Positions 25,731-38,599 of a stretch of 64,000 nucleotides of DNA are shown here, one piece after another. The position numbers were made by a program, and so were the translations under genes. The stretch covers positions 536,416 to 600,415 of the forward strand of contig NIVC01000225.1 in assembly GCA_002269645.1 (NCBI GenBank), read 5' to 3'. Each line of letters begins with the position of its first letter. Position 1 is the first letter of the stretch. The notes beneath the pieces are model-generated. The model ran no database searches. It saw nothing but the letters and a program-made list of their open reading frames with translations, and was not told where the DNA came from. Origin of the DNA: Macrostomum lignano. Taxonomy: Eukaryota.

Positions 25731-26569
25731 AGCATTTTAATAGCTAATCTAATACACTAATTAATCATTAAAAAACAAAATTACAGTAAATAAATTATAA
25801 AAAGTCAAAATAAGTTTTTATTAGCAATTAAATATGTAATTGGTTCTTTTATTATGTATCAATAATATATATGCAATTGTTTTATACTTAAATCAAATTA
25901 GAAAGCATGTTCAAATACTATAAAATACATTTTGAGCTTTAGGGAACACATTAAACGACACAATCCAAGGCGCTTACATTCGAATATATTTCTATACTAT
26001 TACTTTAAGTAGCATGATTCAAAACATCAGTTATCGAAAGTGAATCAGGAATACGAGTAAAGCGGAATTTCTGTTCGATTTACGAGTACTGGATCCAGGT
26101 AGAAATTCACGAACTGGAAGTGATATGAAATGTCACAACATTATAAATCGTGTAACAACAGAGCATAGTTTTACATATAATACACAGTTCACATGTACAA
26201 AAAATTAACAGACAACATAATAAATCTATTCAACGCATTGCATTTCATTCCATTTAATTTTGGCACCAAATTTACTTCAATCAAATTTAATTTATGATAT
26301 AAATAGTACGAATTTTCTTACGAATACTACAATTTGAGTTTTTTAAAAGCTGTTTTATGATTGCTGATTAAACTGTAGTAATCAATAGACAAATCGCATT
26401 TATTAGTATATAGGACTATAAAAGCAATAAACAACAAAAGTACATTTTATATTGAATGTGCAAACAATTATTACCTGGTTAGGCATTTATGAAAGCACAC
26501 ACAGCCATTAAGACAACACAGCATGAAATAAGCAGCATGAGTAAACATTTTATGCATAAATCTTATATC

Positions 26570-27125
26570 AAAGATCAAAGACTAACCAAAGTAGTGGAAA
26601 GATCAAAGACTAACCATAGCGGTAGGATCAAAGACCAACCGTACCGGTAAGGCTAGATCAAAGACAAACCATAGCGGTAAGATCAAAGACCAACCGTAGC
26701 AGCAAGATCAAAGACCAACTATAGCGGTAAGATCAAAGACCAACCATCATAGCGGTTAGATCAAATACCAACCATAGCGGTTAGATCAAAGACCAACCAT
26801 AGCGGTTAGATCAAAGACCAACCATAGCGGTTAGATCAAAGACTAACCATAGCGGTTAGATCAAAGACCAACCATAGCGGTTAGATCAAAGACCAACTGT
26901 AGCGGCAAGATCAAAGACCAACCATAGCGGTAAGATCAAAGACCAACCATAGCGGTAAGATCAAAGACCAACCATAGCGGTTAGATCAAAGACCAACCAT
27001 AGCGGTAAGATCAAAGACCAACTGTAGCAGCAAGATCAAAGACCAACCATAGCGGTAAGATCAAAGACTATTCGTAGCTTCGTAACGGTAAGATCAAAGA
27101 CTAACCATAGCGGTAAGATCAAAGT
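26570..27125. repeat. 25-bp minisatellite AGATCAAAGACCAACCATAGCGGTT
   Basis: Tandem units downstream of the MTMR stop codon. Confidence 0.95.
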
Positions 27126-27271
27126 CGAAACGATAGCGTCAAGCACAACCAACAATCAAGCGGCAACTTCAAAGGCAAAACCTAGTGCAATAAAATGAAA
27201 CAATATTCTTTAAACCAGCTACAAGCAGTGATCAAACGATTTAAACAAAAAAATTAAGTAACAAAAATAGT

Positions 27272-30200
27272 TCAGCTCATCAGATCAATTTGCACAGCCT
27301 CAATCGCTGCAGTCACGTGATCAGCGTCCAAAGAAGCAGCATCGTCAGCAACTTGCGCCAATCCGTCAGTCTCTGGCCAGCAGATGCGACAGACCATCGC
27401 TGATTGGCCGCGAGTCTGACCAATCAGCAACGGGGGCAGCTGCCGCTGGCTCAATTGCACATCGCCATCAATAGCATCCGCAGCAGGGATATTGTCCGGC
27501 AATAACAGACGGAGACAAAGCGAACAGGCCAGCCTACCGCAGGCCAGACAGTTGGCCCGATGGGCAACCGCGTATCCGCACGGAGACAAGCACACGCCGC
27601 AGGCGTATCTATTAGCTGGCGTTTCGAATTCCCACGCGTCGGTGCACAGTTGCAATAGACGACGCGAATCAGGGTCCTGCTGGTCCTGGGAGCCGGCGGA
27701 ATTCGATCTGCAATAATAAAACATCAAAGAACTGCATAAAAACCAACTCTATAACCCTAACCTAAAACCATAAACTGGGACAAGAATAGCTGGTTTTTGT
27801 GGAAAAGCGTCAGCAGTGCTTATGTCATGGTTAAAGCTCTCATTGAACTGAACCCAGTTGCTTTGACGCAAAAGTTTAGGGGCAAAGTGCTTGAGCTGAC
27901 CTCTCAGCAGCCGACTGTCTCTGCTGCAGCTTCAGCCAGCGCTCGTGATCCTCCAAGCAGGCGATGCGCTCAGCTGATTGAGCCAATCGACGCATCAGCG
28001 AGGCCTCGTCGTCGAGTTCATTGACTGCCAGGACTGTTGCAGAGGCCGGACTAGCTGCCGCCGGTTGCTGTTGTTCGTCGACATCAAGCACTATCAAGGA
28101 TTCTGGCTGGCTCTGGTCGCTGTCAGGCGGGGCAGCGCGCAGCCAGGCGGGGCGCCGGCGCCACGGGTTCTGCAGCGCCAGCCAGGGTTTGATGAGGCAG
28201 CGGGGCATTGCGCCTAAGCGTAGGTAGGCAGCCGGCTCGGCGTCCCGGGTGTCGAACTCGCGACTTTCGGTTGACATTATAAATAGGGCAAGAATAGGAC
28301 AAGAAGTCATGGGAAATTTTTTTACAAGGACAAGGAGCCCCGGGAATCGTTTACAAGGACAACGAGTCACGGAGAATTGTTAACAAGGACAGGGAGTCAC
28401 GGAGAATTGTTAACAAGGACAGGGAGTCGAGTCACGGAGAATTGTTAACAAGGACAGGGAGTCACGGAGAATTGTTAACAAGGACAGGGAGTCACGGGGA
28501 ATTATTTGATAGGACAAGGAGTCACAGGGAATTGTTGAATAGGACAAGGAGTCACGGGGAATTGTTTACAAGGAGAGAGTCACAGGGAATTTTTTACAAG
28601 GACAAAGAGTCACGGGAAATTGTTTTCAAGGCCAGAGTCACGGTCACGGGGTATTGTTTACAAGGACAAGGAGTCAGAGGGAATTTTTTGCAAGGACAAG
28701 GAGTCAGAGGGAATTTTTTGCAAGGACAAAGAGTCACATTGAATTGTTTACAAGGACAAAGAGTGACAGGGAATTGCTTACAAGGACAAAGAGTGACAGG
28801 GAATTGCTTACAAGAACAAAGAGTGACAGGGAATTGCTTACAAGGACAAAGGGTCACGGGGAATCGTTTACAAAAGAGCCACTGTAGGTAAGCCAAGGCG
28901 CTTGAAAGGACATTTGAAGGTCATTAGACAGTCCCCTCAGGCCCAACAACTCAAGCTACTTGAACTCACCAGTACATGGGATCGATAAACTGCGACCGCC
29001 TCTCCAAAGCCCGAGTCCAGAAGCAAGGCATTGCCGGCCACTTATCGGCAAGTTCGCCAGCAACCTTCAATCGTTCCCGTTCGCAATTGCCTAGAAAAGT
29101 GCCATACCGATGGCAGCTGTAGGCGGCCTCAGCCAGCTCCAATAAATAGGCGTCGTTAAACTCAAATCGACTGGGAAATAATCGACGCAGCTGGTGAACG
29201 CAGTCAAGGAACTGAGTGAACACTGGCGATGATTCGTCCGACCAGCCGTAGTGAGCGCATCTGTCAGCGAATTTGTGACCGAAACTAAGCCACTCCTTCT
29301 CTACTAGATCCTGCGGGTTGGAAGTTTGAGAATCCTTATTGAGTTGTATTTTTCCCAGAATCCTGATTCACAGAATTTCGAATCACAGAATCCTGATTCA
29401 CAGAATCCTGACTCACAGAATCCTGATTTACAGAATCCTGATTTACAGAATCCTGATTCACAGAATTTCGAATCACAGAATCCTGATTCACAGAATCCTG
29501 ATTCACAAAGTCCTGATTCACAAAGTCCTGATTCACAGAATCCTGATTCACACAATACTGATTCACAGAATCCTGATTCACACAATACTGATTCACAGAA
29601 TCCTGATTCACACAATACTGATTCACAGAATCCTGATTCACACAATACTGATTCACAGAATCCTGATTCACATAATACTGATTCACAGAATCCTGATTCA
29701 CGGAATCCCAATTTACAGTACCCTATTCACGAAATACTGATTCACGGAATTCTATTTTACAAAATCCTGATTCACATAATCTTGATTTACAGAATCCTGA
29801 TTCACAGAATCCCGATACACGGAATCCTGATTCACAGAATCCTGATTCACGGAATCCCAATTCACAGTACCCTATTCACGAAATCCTGATTCACGGAATT
29901 CTATTTTACAGAATCCTGATTCACAGAATCCTGATTCACGAAATCCCAATTCACAGTACCCTATTCACGAAATCCTGATTCACGGAATTCTATTTTACAG
30001 AATCCTGATTCACAGAATCCTGATTCACAGAATCCTGATTCACAGAATCCTGATTCACAGAATTTCGAATCACAGAATCCTGATTCACAGAATCCCGATT
30101 CACAGAATCCCGATTCACAGAATCCTGATTCACAGAATTCTGATTTACAGAATCCTGATTCACAGAATCCTGATTCACAGAATCCTGATTCACACAATAC

Positions 30201-33200
30201 TGATTCACAGAATCCTGATTCACAGAATCCTGATTCACAGAATCCTGATTCACAGAATCCTGATTCACAGAATCCTGATTCACAGAATCCTGATTCACAG
30301 AATCCTGATTCACAGAATCCTGATTCACAGAATCCTGATTCACAGAATCCTGATTCACAGAACCCTGATTCACAGAATTCTGATTCACAGAATCCTGATT
30401 CACAGAATTTCGAATCACAGAATCCTGATTCACAGAATCCCGATTCACAGAATCCTGATTCACAGAATCCTGATTCACAGAATCCTGATTCACAGAATTC
30501 AGAATCCTGATTCACATAATACTGATTCACAGAGTCCAATTCACACAGAATACTGAATTGAAAAATTCCCTATTCACAATCAAACCTGAAATCCGTGCAG
30601 GGTTCGATAATGCGGATCGATGAGTAGCTGCGCCAGAGCAGCAGTTTGAGCAGTTCGATCCCAACCGTCGGAGCAGTGAACCAGCACAGAGGCGCCTTCA
30701 ATGAGCAGCTTGTCGGCAATGAACTGAGCAGCCAGCAGGATGGCCTGCAGATGCTTTGGCCAGCCAGATTTATTCAGCCGACTGGTCCAGGCGTGGGCGG
30801 TAACGCCTGAACTGTCGCCCTCCTGACAGGCCTGGGCCAGATGGCGCTGCGAGTCTCGCATCACGTGGATGTTCTCGATTTGGCAGAACTTCACCTGTGG
30901 GATCGAAAGGGAGGGTGGGGGAAGATTTGCAAGTATAGCTTGACGCACGAAAGTTAGGGATTAACTTCCAATTATAGCTGGGTGATCCGGGAGGCTGGCC
31001 CAGCAGCTGACGATCTGGGAGGCTGGCCCAGCAACTGAGGATTTGGGAGGCTGGCCCTGCAATTGAGGATCTGGGAGGCTGGCCCTGCAATTGAGGATCT
31101 GGGAGGCTGACACAGCAACTGACACTCTGGGAGGCTGGCCCAGCAACTGACACTCTGGGAGGCTGGCCCAGCAACTGACACTCTGGGAGGCTGGCCCAGC
31201 AACTGACACTCTGGGAGGCTGGCCCAGCAACTGGGGATCTAGGAGGCTGGCCCAGCAACTGGGGATCTGGGAGGCTGGCCCAGCAACTGACACTCTGACA
31301 CTCTGGGAGGCTGGCCCAGCAACTGAGGACCTGGGAGGCTGGCCCAGCAACTGAGGACCTGGGAGGCTGGCCCAGCAACTGAGGATCTGGGAGGCTGGCC
31401 CAGCAACTGAGGATCTGGGAGGCTGGCCCAGCAACTGAGGATCTGGGAGGCTGGCCCAGCGACTGGCACTCTGGGAGGCTGTCCCAGCAACTTTAGGACC
31501 TAGAATTTTGATGCTGGCAGACGCAGGTTATATTTAGAAGCATAAACTTAAAAAGATAAGCAGAAAAAACCACCCACCTCAACATTCTTATAGTTGTCGG
31601 CCAGTTCGTATCCCTTGCCCATAGCCCGGTTGCCAATCGCATTGGCCATGGGCCGCGTGTCCACAATATAGAGGCGCTTAGCGTTGGCATTCGGGTTGGC
31701 ATCGGATATGGCTTGGACCACGTGCTCATCGGACGAACTGCGAGCATTCAACCCGACCAGAGGCTGGCTGCACCTGCACAGTGCGGATTGGCGGGTCTCG
31801 TACAGGTAGGTGAGCACGGGTAGGCGACCGCGGCTGCGAAACTTGGCGCATTCCAGTAGCACCTGGAAGTGTGGGAGAAGCGTTTTCTTTGAAACTGCAC
31901 TCTTATCAACTGTTTCTTAGTACTGTGTTATTATGCTGTTTGAGGTGCTTTAAAGTAGTTTGGAAGTCTGAGTACAGTATTTGGGTAGAATGTTTGATAT
32001 TATAGCTGAGTAGTCCAACAGTTGCTGAGTAGTGTTTTGGTAGGGCGGTTGGGTAGCTACTATAGTAGGCTGGGTAGTACTTGGGTAGAGTGGTTGAGTA
32101 GTGATTGGGTAGGGCCGTCGTCGGTTGAGTAGAGCATTTGAGTAGAGTGGTTGGGTAGAGTGGTTGGGTAGAGTGGTTGGGTAGTGCGGTTGGGTAGAGT
32201 GGTTGGGTAGATCGGTTGGGTAGAGCGGTTGGGTAGAGTGGTTTGGGTAGTGGTTAAGTAGAGCATTTGAGTAGACCGGTTGGGTAGAGTGGTTGGGTAG
32301 AACGGTTGGGTAGAGTGGTTGGGTAGAACGGTTGGGTAGATTGGTTGGGTAGAGCAGTTGGGTAGAGTGGTTGGGTAGAGCGGTTGGGTAGATTGGTTGA
32401 ATAGAGTGGTTGGGTAGAGCATTTGAGTAGAGCGGTTGGGTAGATTGGTTGGGTAGATTGGTTGGGTAGTGGTTGAGTAGAGCGGTTGGGTAGATTGGTT
32501 GAATAGAGTGGTTGGGTAGAGCATTTGAGTAGAGCGGTTGGGTAGAGCATTTGAGTAGAGCGGTTGGGTAGATTGGTTGGGTAGAGTGGTTGGGTAGATT
32601 GGTTGAGTAGTGGTTGAGTATAGCGGTTGGGTAGATTGGTTGGGTAGATTGGTTGGGTAGAGCAGTTGGGTAGAGTGGTTTGGGTAGTGGTTAAGTAGAG
32701 CATTTGAGTAGAGCGGTTGGGTAGAGCGGCTGGGTAGATTGGTTGAATAGAGTGGTTGGGTAGAGCATTTGAGTAGAGCGGTTGGGTAGATTGGTTGGGT
32801 AGATTGGTTGAGTAGAGCGGTTGGGTAGATTGGTTGAATAGAGTGGTTGGGTAGAGCATTTGAGTAGAGTGGTTGGGTAGAGCATTTGAGTAGAGCGGTT
32901 GGGTAGAGCATTTGAGTAGAGCGGTTGGGTAGATTGGTTGGGTAGAGTGGTTGGGTAGATTGGTTGAGTAGTGGTTGAGTATAGCGGTTGGGTAGATTGA
33001 TTGGGTAGATTGGCTGAATAGAGTGGTTGAATAGAGCATTTGAGTAGAGCGGTTGGGTAGAGTGTTTGGGTAGATTGTTTGCGTAGAATGGGTGGGTAGA
33101 TTGGTTGGGTAGAGTGGTCTGGGTAGAGTTGTTAAGTAAGAGCCGTTGGTTCGAGCGGATTGAGTAGATAATTGGTAAGAGTCGCTAGATAGAATGGCGA

Positions 33201-34438
33201 TTGTAAAGAAACTGCAGAAGCAAAGACTTAGTTAAGTATAATGACACAGTTAGCTCGCACAGTTTGGGCAGAGCCAGGCCGTACAAACCTGATCGGGTAC
33301 CACAGCGGGCACATATAGCAGCCTGGGATAGGTGTCGCACACTGCATAATCTTCATTAGCGGTCCACAGGCGCCAATTGGGATTGTTAACAGCGCCTTGG
33401 CGAATGAATTCGGCCTCTAAACTGAATTTGTAGAGCAGGCCGCTGGGAGACGGTCCTTGAGTTGGAGCTTGAGTAGGAAAATTGTCTAGCAACTGTTGCA
33501 GACTGCCTGGCAGCAGGCGTTTCCGTTCGGAGGCAATCAACGCTGTGAGCTGGGCAGCCTGAATAAAAACAATAAAAGAAACAGACTAATTTGACACACT
33601 ATTGAGTAGGTTAGAAGTGGATAAAGAGTTTGGCAGATTTATGAGAATGGATGTGAGATAGGGCATGAAGAGGGAGATGGGAAGAGTGGATGGGTGAGAT
33701 GAAGAGGGAGATGGGAGAGTGGATGAAGAGGGAGATAGGAAAGTGGATGGTTGAGATGAAGAGGGAGATGGGAGAGTGGATGGTTGAGATGAAGGGGGAG
33801 ATGGGATGGTTGAGATGAAGAGGGAGATGGGAGAGTGGATGGTTGAGATGAAGAGGGAGATGGGAGAGTGGATGGGTGAGATGAAGAGGGAGATGAGAGA
33901 ATGGATGGTTGAGATGAAGAGGGAGATGGAAGACTAGATGGTTGAGATGAGGAAGGAGAGATGAGAGTTTATGTAAAGAGACGAGAACCTGACTCACCTG
34001 CTCAGCGCAGCGACCTCCCGGTACATCAAAGGCGAACACAGACTGCGACAGTTTCAATCGAACAGACAGTCCCACTCGAGCCTGCAGATTTCCTGCGGCG
34101 CCTGAGTTAGTCGTTGATGAAGCGGACGACATCGAAGACGGGGATGGCGAGCCGACAACTGCGGCGGCGGCAGCGGAGGCCAGGGAAGTGGAACTAATAG
34201 ACGATCCGGAGCCAACAGATCTGGCCAGTAAGTCAACTTCAAGCACCAATTGCAATGGGAAGGCCAAAAATTCTCCGGAGCCAGTGAAAACTAAGCGCAT
34301 ATCCGACTGGTTATAGAATAGCTGGCCATTGACTGGGGGCTGGCCAGCTGGCAGGTAGTTGGCATCTTCAATTAGACAAGCTGCCGACTGCAGGCTGTGT
34401 TGTTTATTAGCTAACATTGATTGTTGTCTGGGCATCAT
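27272..34438 (-). CDS. MTMR6: Myotubularin-related phosphoinositide 3-phosphatase, MTMR6/7/8 (MTM-6) subfamily, with a C-terminal FYVE-like finger, about 814 aa, 7 exons
   Basis: Exons 34438-33998, 33558-33289, 31862-31578, 30894-30586, 29310-28970, 28263-27901 and 27707-27272, all GT-AG and in phase. Motifs CDTYPRLLYVP, KFRSRGRLPVLTY, CRCSQPL, DTRP..NA..N..GKGYE, catalytic VHCSDGWDRT, EKEWLSFGHKF and FTQFLDCV.QL..FP..FEFN. Confidence 0.92.
28310..28875. repeat. ~30-bp minisatellite AACAAGGACAGGGAGTCACGGAGAATTGTT
   Basis: Tandem units in MTMR intron 28264-28969. Confidence 0.9.
29328..30570. repeat. 15-bp minisatellite GAATCCTGATTCACA
   Basis: Fills MTMR intron 29311-30585. Confidence 0.95.
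30985..31490. repeat. 28-bp minisatellite of the same family as in FITM intron 1
   Basis: Units GGAGGCTGGCCCAGCAACTGA(CACT/GGAT)CTG in MTMR intron 30895-31577. Confidence 0.93.
32030..33170. repeat. G-rich ~13-bp minisatellite GGGTAGAG(C/T)GGTT
   Basis: Tandem variant units in MTMR intron 31863-33288. Confidence 0.93.
33640..33960. repeat. Purine-rich ~33-bp minisatellite GAGATGAAGAGGGAGATGGGAGAGTGGATGGTT
   Basis: Tandem units in MTMR intron 1 (33559-33997). Confidence 0.85.
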
Positions 34439-34906
34439 TTATTGACTGCAATGCGAAGTTTATCAAGTTCAAATCTATGTCCTTTTTAACAAAAGAAAAT
34501 CAAAATCAATTTCTCCTATCTACTAACCTAAACCCAAACCCAAATAGACATGTCATTGATCTACTCTATTGCTAAATTAATCATACAAGCATTATTTTTA
34601 ATATCAGCAGTAGCAAGGGTTTTTACTCAGTTGGAATACTTTTGTTTTTTTTAGTTCTATTGTAGCTCTAGCTCTGGATATGGCTTGGAATTTATTGGAT
34701 ATATGGAGTTTTTGGCCACAATATACAGATACAGAATACACTGTATGGTTAATGAGAATGTATATTAGCCACAATCAAGTAAATATTGGCCACTCAATAA
34801 CTGAGACCTAAAAAGACTTTTTTAAAACTATTGGAACCCTTGATTTCATGGGTGAGGGTGAAACAGTGGAAATGAATGAATTTTGCCTATTAAAAAACCC
34901 TTTGCA

Positions 34907-35141
34907 AAATAATAATAACATATATTATATAGTAATATATTTGATTGCACTTTGCCCTAATGGACTGATATGCAACCATCAGCTTAGCTGCAGCTAATAT
35001 ATGGCACATCTGAAGGCTGCATATATAGTTATTAAATGCAAGGTCTGGGGGGTTGCTATTGCCCTTAATTACCTAAAATACACTGGCACCCATTTTGTAC
35101 CTGGATAAACTGAAGCAATGTAAAGTTAAGTGTCTTGCTCA
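34907..35141 (-). mobile_element. 5'-truncated diverged copy of the CORE-like SINE
   Basis: The reverse complement GAGCAAGACACTTAACTTTACATTGCTTCAGTTTATCCAGGTACAAAATGGGTGCCAG..GCAGCCTTCAGATG..TAGCTGCAGCTAAGCTGATGGTTGCATATC aligns with 14780-14960. Confidence 0.7.
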
Positions 35142-36304
35142 CCATTTTTGTTAAAGAAAGAAACACTTTAGTTCTTGGAGTTGAAGATTCAATTAATATA
35201 GATCTTTAATGCTATATGCACAATGTATAGCTGGGATAATGAGGGCTAATGTTAAGTTTAATATCAATGCAATCCAATCCATTCTTCTATCTTATATTAT
35301 TTCAAAAATTATTATTTATTTCATAATCAATGTTTACCTATACTAGTATAAGGCTTTTATAAGGCAAATAATTACTTTGGTGATAAGTTCCTCATATGAC
35401 AAATAAAATTCAATAAATAACCATTTTAATGATAGGACACATTTGATGATTTCAGTGTTGGGCACCAGTCCATTAATAAGCATAAATAAGCATTAATAAG
35501 TGTTAAGATTTTTCATTAATGTTAATGGACTGCCATTAAGATTTTTTTGAACTAACAAATTAATGAATTCGCGGTAATAATTTTGTGAGTTAATGACTAA
35601 TTCATTGTTAATGTTAATGACAATGTCAATGACCAAAGATGCAAAGAAAGAACAATAATATAAGTCTATAATATAAGTAAGAAAGAGAAGTTACAATATT
35701 ATAGATATATTTGAATTTACCTAAATACCTAATTAATCTCTTTGTCAATGATGATGATCATGCAAATGTAACAACTTCTTACTAATGAACTTTAATAATG
35801 AATTAAAATTATGAACTGTATTGCATGTGAGCATCAATTGCTTTGATTCATGTTTTTCCTAATATTTCGTAACTTTCTACTACAAGTATACCTGCTAATT
35901 CTAATGAAACAACCTTCTGATTTGTATTTTATTATTTATCTAATTAGCTTTCAAGTTTCAAATAAATAAGTTACTTCTTTTACCATATGTTTACTTTTAA
36001 TAGTATTATATATACAAGTTTTTTTAATTATTATTTATTACTTTTTTAGCTTGTAAATTGCTTAGATTACCTGTGTTTTGCTCAAAAGATGGAAAAGCAA
36101 AGACAGTATATTATGAAGTCTGTTTTGAAAAAAGTACAAGATTTCTGTATTTTCTACTTTAACTTAATGGATTAATGCTTATTAATATCTATCAGTTAAC
36201 TTTTAGTTACCTTAACAAAATTAAGAGTTAAAAAGTTAAGATTTCTTGTTTTAATGCTAATGCTTTTGCCATTAATGGAAGTTAAGATTTTAATTAATGG
36301 TGCC

Positions 36305-37340
36305 TGTGGCAGGTGGGATGCCACAAGTAATTGATTGAACCTAATTTTTTAAATATTTTTAAGCACATTCAAAAAAACCATAATATTCCGTCCCATCTGC
36401 TGTCTTTTCACCCCAATTTTGTCCATTGTTTGCCTAGCTCCCCTTCCCTTCCATGGCCTACGAGCATAGTCGCGTCCCTTCACTGTTTTTTGTCATTCCC
36501 TATGTTGAATTTTGTTTATCCGCGCGGTGTCCCAACGTATTTGAGCCTATTCTATCCTGTGAATTTTGTTGCCCAATGTCTGTTTCCAGTGTTTGTCAGC
36601 GTCCCCTGTTGATTATTTATGCCACTTTTTGTGCCCTGTTTTCCTCATACTTCTTTCTCCGCCCTTCCTCCACCACTACAACCACTTCCTTTTATTTTCG
36701 CCTCCTTCAATTTAATAGTTGTTTTCATTAATTAATAGTTTTGTTTATTAAGTTCGACCTAGTGCACCAGCGCCGCAGCAAGCGAATCCATCTCTTGTGT
36801 ATTAATAATAATATTATCTTTATCCCGTGCTCGCCTGCTGTTTATCTTAAACCAAGCTCAATAATAACTGGCATTTGTTAAATTAGCCATTAAATTCATT
36901 CGTTAATGTTCAGCTATAGTATTTCTTGAGTCATTTGCCCGTGGGGCATAAAATAATAACCAAGTTCTCATCTCAAAGATAGCTCTGAGACTTATCCGTT
37001 CCGTAATACGTAAATTACGGTGGTGGCAGCAACTACCCTACTGAAAATAACAAACTCAGCTATTTGACGCATTATTTTATGGAGTCAGGAATCTCCAACT
37101 ACAGTGTTTCATTGATTTGAATGACCTCGCCGCTACACGACCGCTCCACTACGATTACGACTACCCTCCTCCCGGAACTTGAGGACCCCAGCTGTCAGAG
37201 TAAAACAGGAGAAGAATTTTGTTGTGATTCGCCTGTGTGATTTTCTGGCTTGATTCGTGCGAACACAACGCTAACTGGTTTCGAAGAAAACCCGAACAAA
37301 CCCATTTCAAATTTTATTTTCTTTCTCCGCTCCCACCTCA
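36305..37340 (+). repeat. 5' LTR (1036 bp)
   Basis: Direct repeat of 44740-45767; begins TGTGG and ends CCTCA. Confidence 0.95.
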
Positions 37341-37341
37341 T

Positions 37342-37361
37342 TGGTGTCAGCTAAGTGGGAT
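37342..37361 (+). promoter_or_regulatory. Primer-binding site, tRNA-Leu type
   Basis: TGGTGTCAGCTAAGTGGGAT right after the LTR; complement of the tRNA-Leu 3' end (TGGTGTCAGAAGTGGGAT) with 2 extra bases. Confidence 0.7.
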
Positions 37362-37410
37362 AACAAAACGCCGAAACCCTTTCAACGAGTCATTTAAACG
37401 CTACACTACT

Positions 37411-38512
37411 ATGGCTTCAACTACTAATTCAACAGCTGCGGACGTGACAGCCAATGCCACGGGCCCCAACAACTCAACGACAACGACAACGACAACACTA
37501 TCATCATGTGTACCAGCAGCCCCAGCAGCAGGATCGAGCTCCAGCGCCAAAACCTGTTAAGATTCAGTGGTATAAATATATAAGACACGCAGAACCAGGA
37601 ATTCGACGTCTGGATCCAGGCACTGGAAGAGCATTGCGAGCTCAACAGGATCACAGACGATAGACGCAAGAAGGCGGAGGTCCTAGTGAACCTGGACATT
37701 GCCACAACCTATCCCGCGGTCATCAGGATGGAGCTACCAGACAATCTGACGTTTGGTGAGTTCAAACAACAACTGTCTGAACACTTTATGCATGTGGCCA
37801 ACACGCTGGAGTACCGGGAGCAGTTCCGAAGCTGCCAGCAAGGCAAGAACAAGAGCGTTGACGACTATGGCGATCGACTAATTGCTCTGGCCAATAGAGC
37901 ATTTCAGCCGCCCACTGTGGTGCAACATGACGACAAGTCATCTCGGCCCGATGAGAACTGGTTGCGTGAGGTCATGGAACAACAAGTCGAGACTCTGCAA
38001 GAGCAGCGACGACTACTAGAGACTTTGAGCAATGAACTACGAGAGTTCCACTTGCTGGGATTGCGCAATAACAACACCCAGGAGCCATGGGAACCTCGCC
38101 ATCCCCCGCGGGATTCCTGGGGCCAGTGCAACAGATGTTTAGTACCCTTGACTCCTCGCCGCAGCGCCGACGGAAGCACCCAATTTACGACACCCGGCAC
38201 GCAAATGGTGCCGCAGCAACCATTCCATCGACTTCAGCAACCTTGAGACAGCAGCAATCCGCCGCCAAGAACGCCGCCAGCAGGAGGTCAACGTCAGCAG
38301 CAGCAACAGCAGCAGCAGCAACAGCCAAGTTCAAGGCCGCGCTGCGGCAACAAAGTGCAATGTGCTACAGGTGCAATCGCGAGCATTGTGCCGATGAGTG
38401 CCCGCACCGGCGGTCGGCCAGCACCGCCTCCCAGCGCAACGGCAGCTCAGGAAACGGGACCGCTGGACGCACCATTGGGGGCAGCGCCATCCAGCAGCCG
38501 CGCCAGCACTAA
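37411..38512 (+). pseudogene. gag: gag, fragmented
   Basis: EFDVWIQALEEHCELNRI..YREQFRSCQQGKNKSVDDYGDRLIALANRAF and zinc knuckle CYRCNREHCADEC, spread over several frames. Confidence 0.8.
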
Positions 38513-38599
38513 AGTCCCTGCCGAGGACTTAAGTCGCTCAGCAGGCCACTGCTGAGACCATCTCCTCCGCACCTGTACAGAACTCTGCACCCAAGCGAC

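Noticed and set aside
29304-30539. CESGF / QNPDS pentapeptide-repeat ORFs
   Set aside because: 15-bp intronic array of MTMR; open in several frames.
33611-33997. His/Pro/Leu-rich C-terminal part of the 275-aa ORF
   Set aside because: Read-through into MTMR intron 1 after a strong CAG|GTGAGT donor; encoded by the 33-bp repeat.
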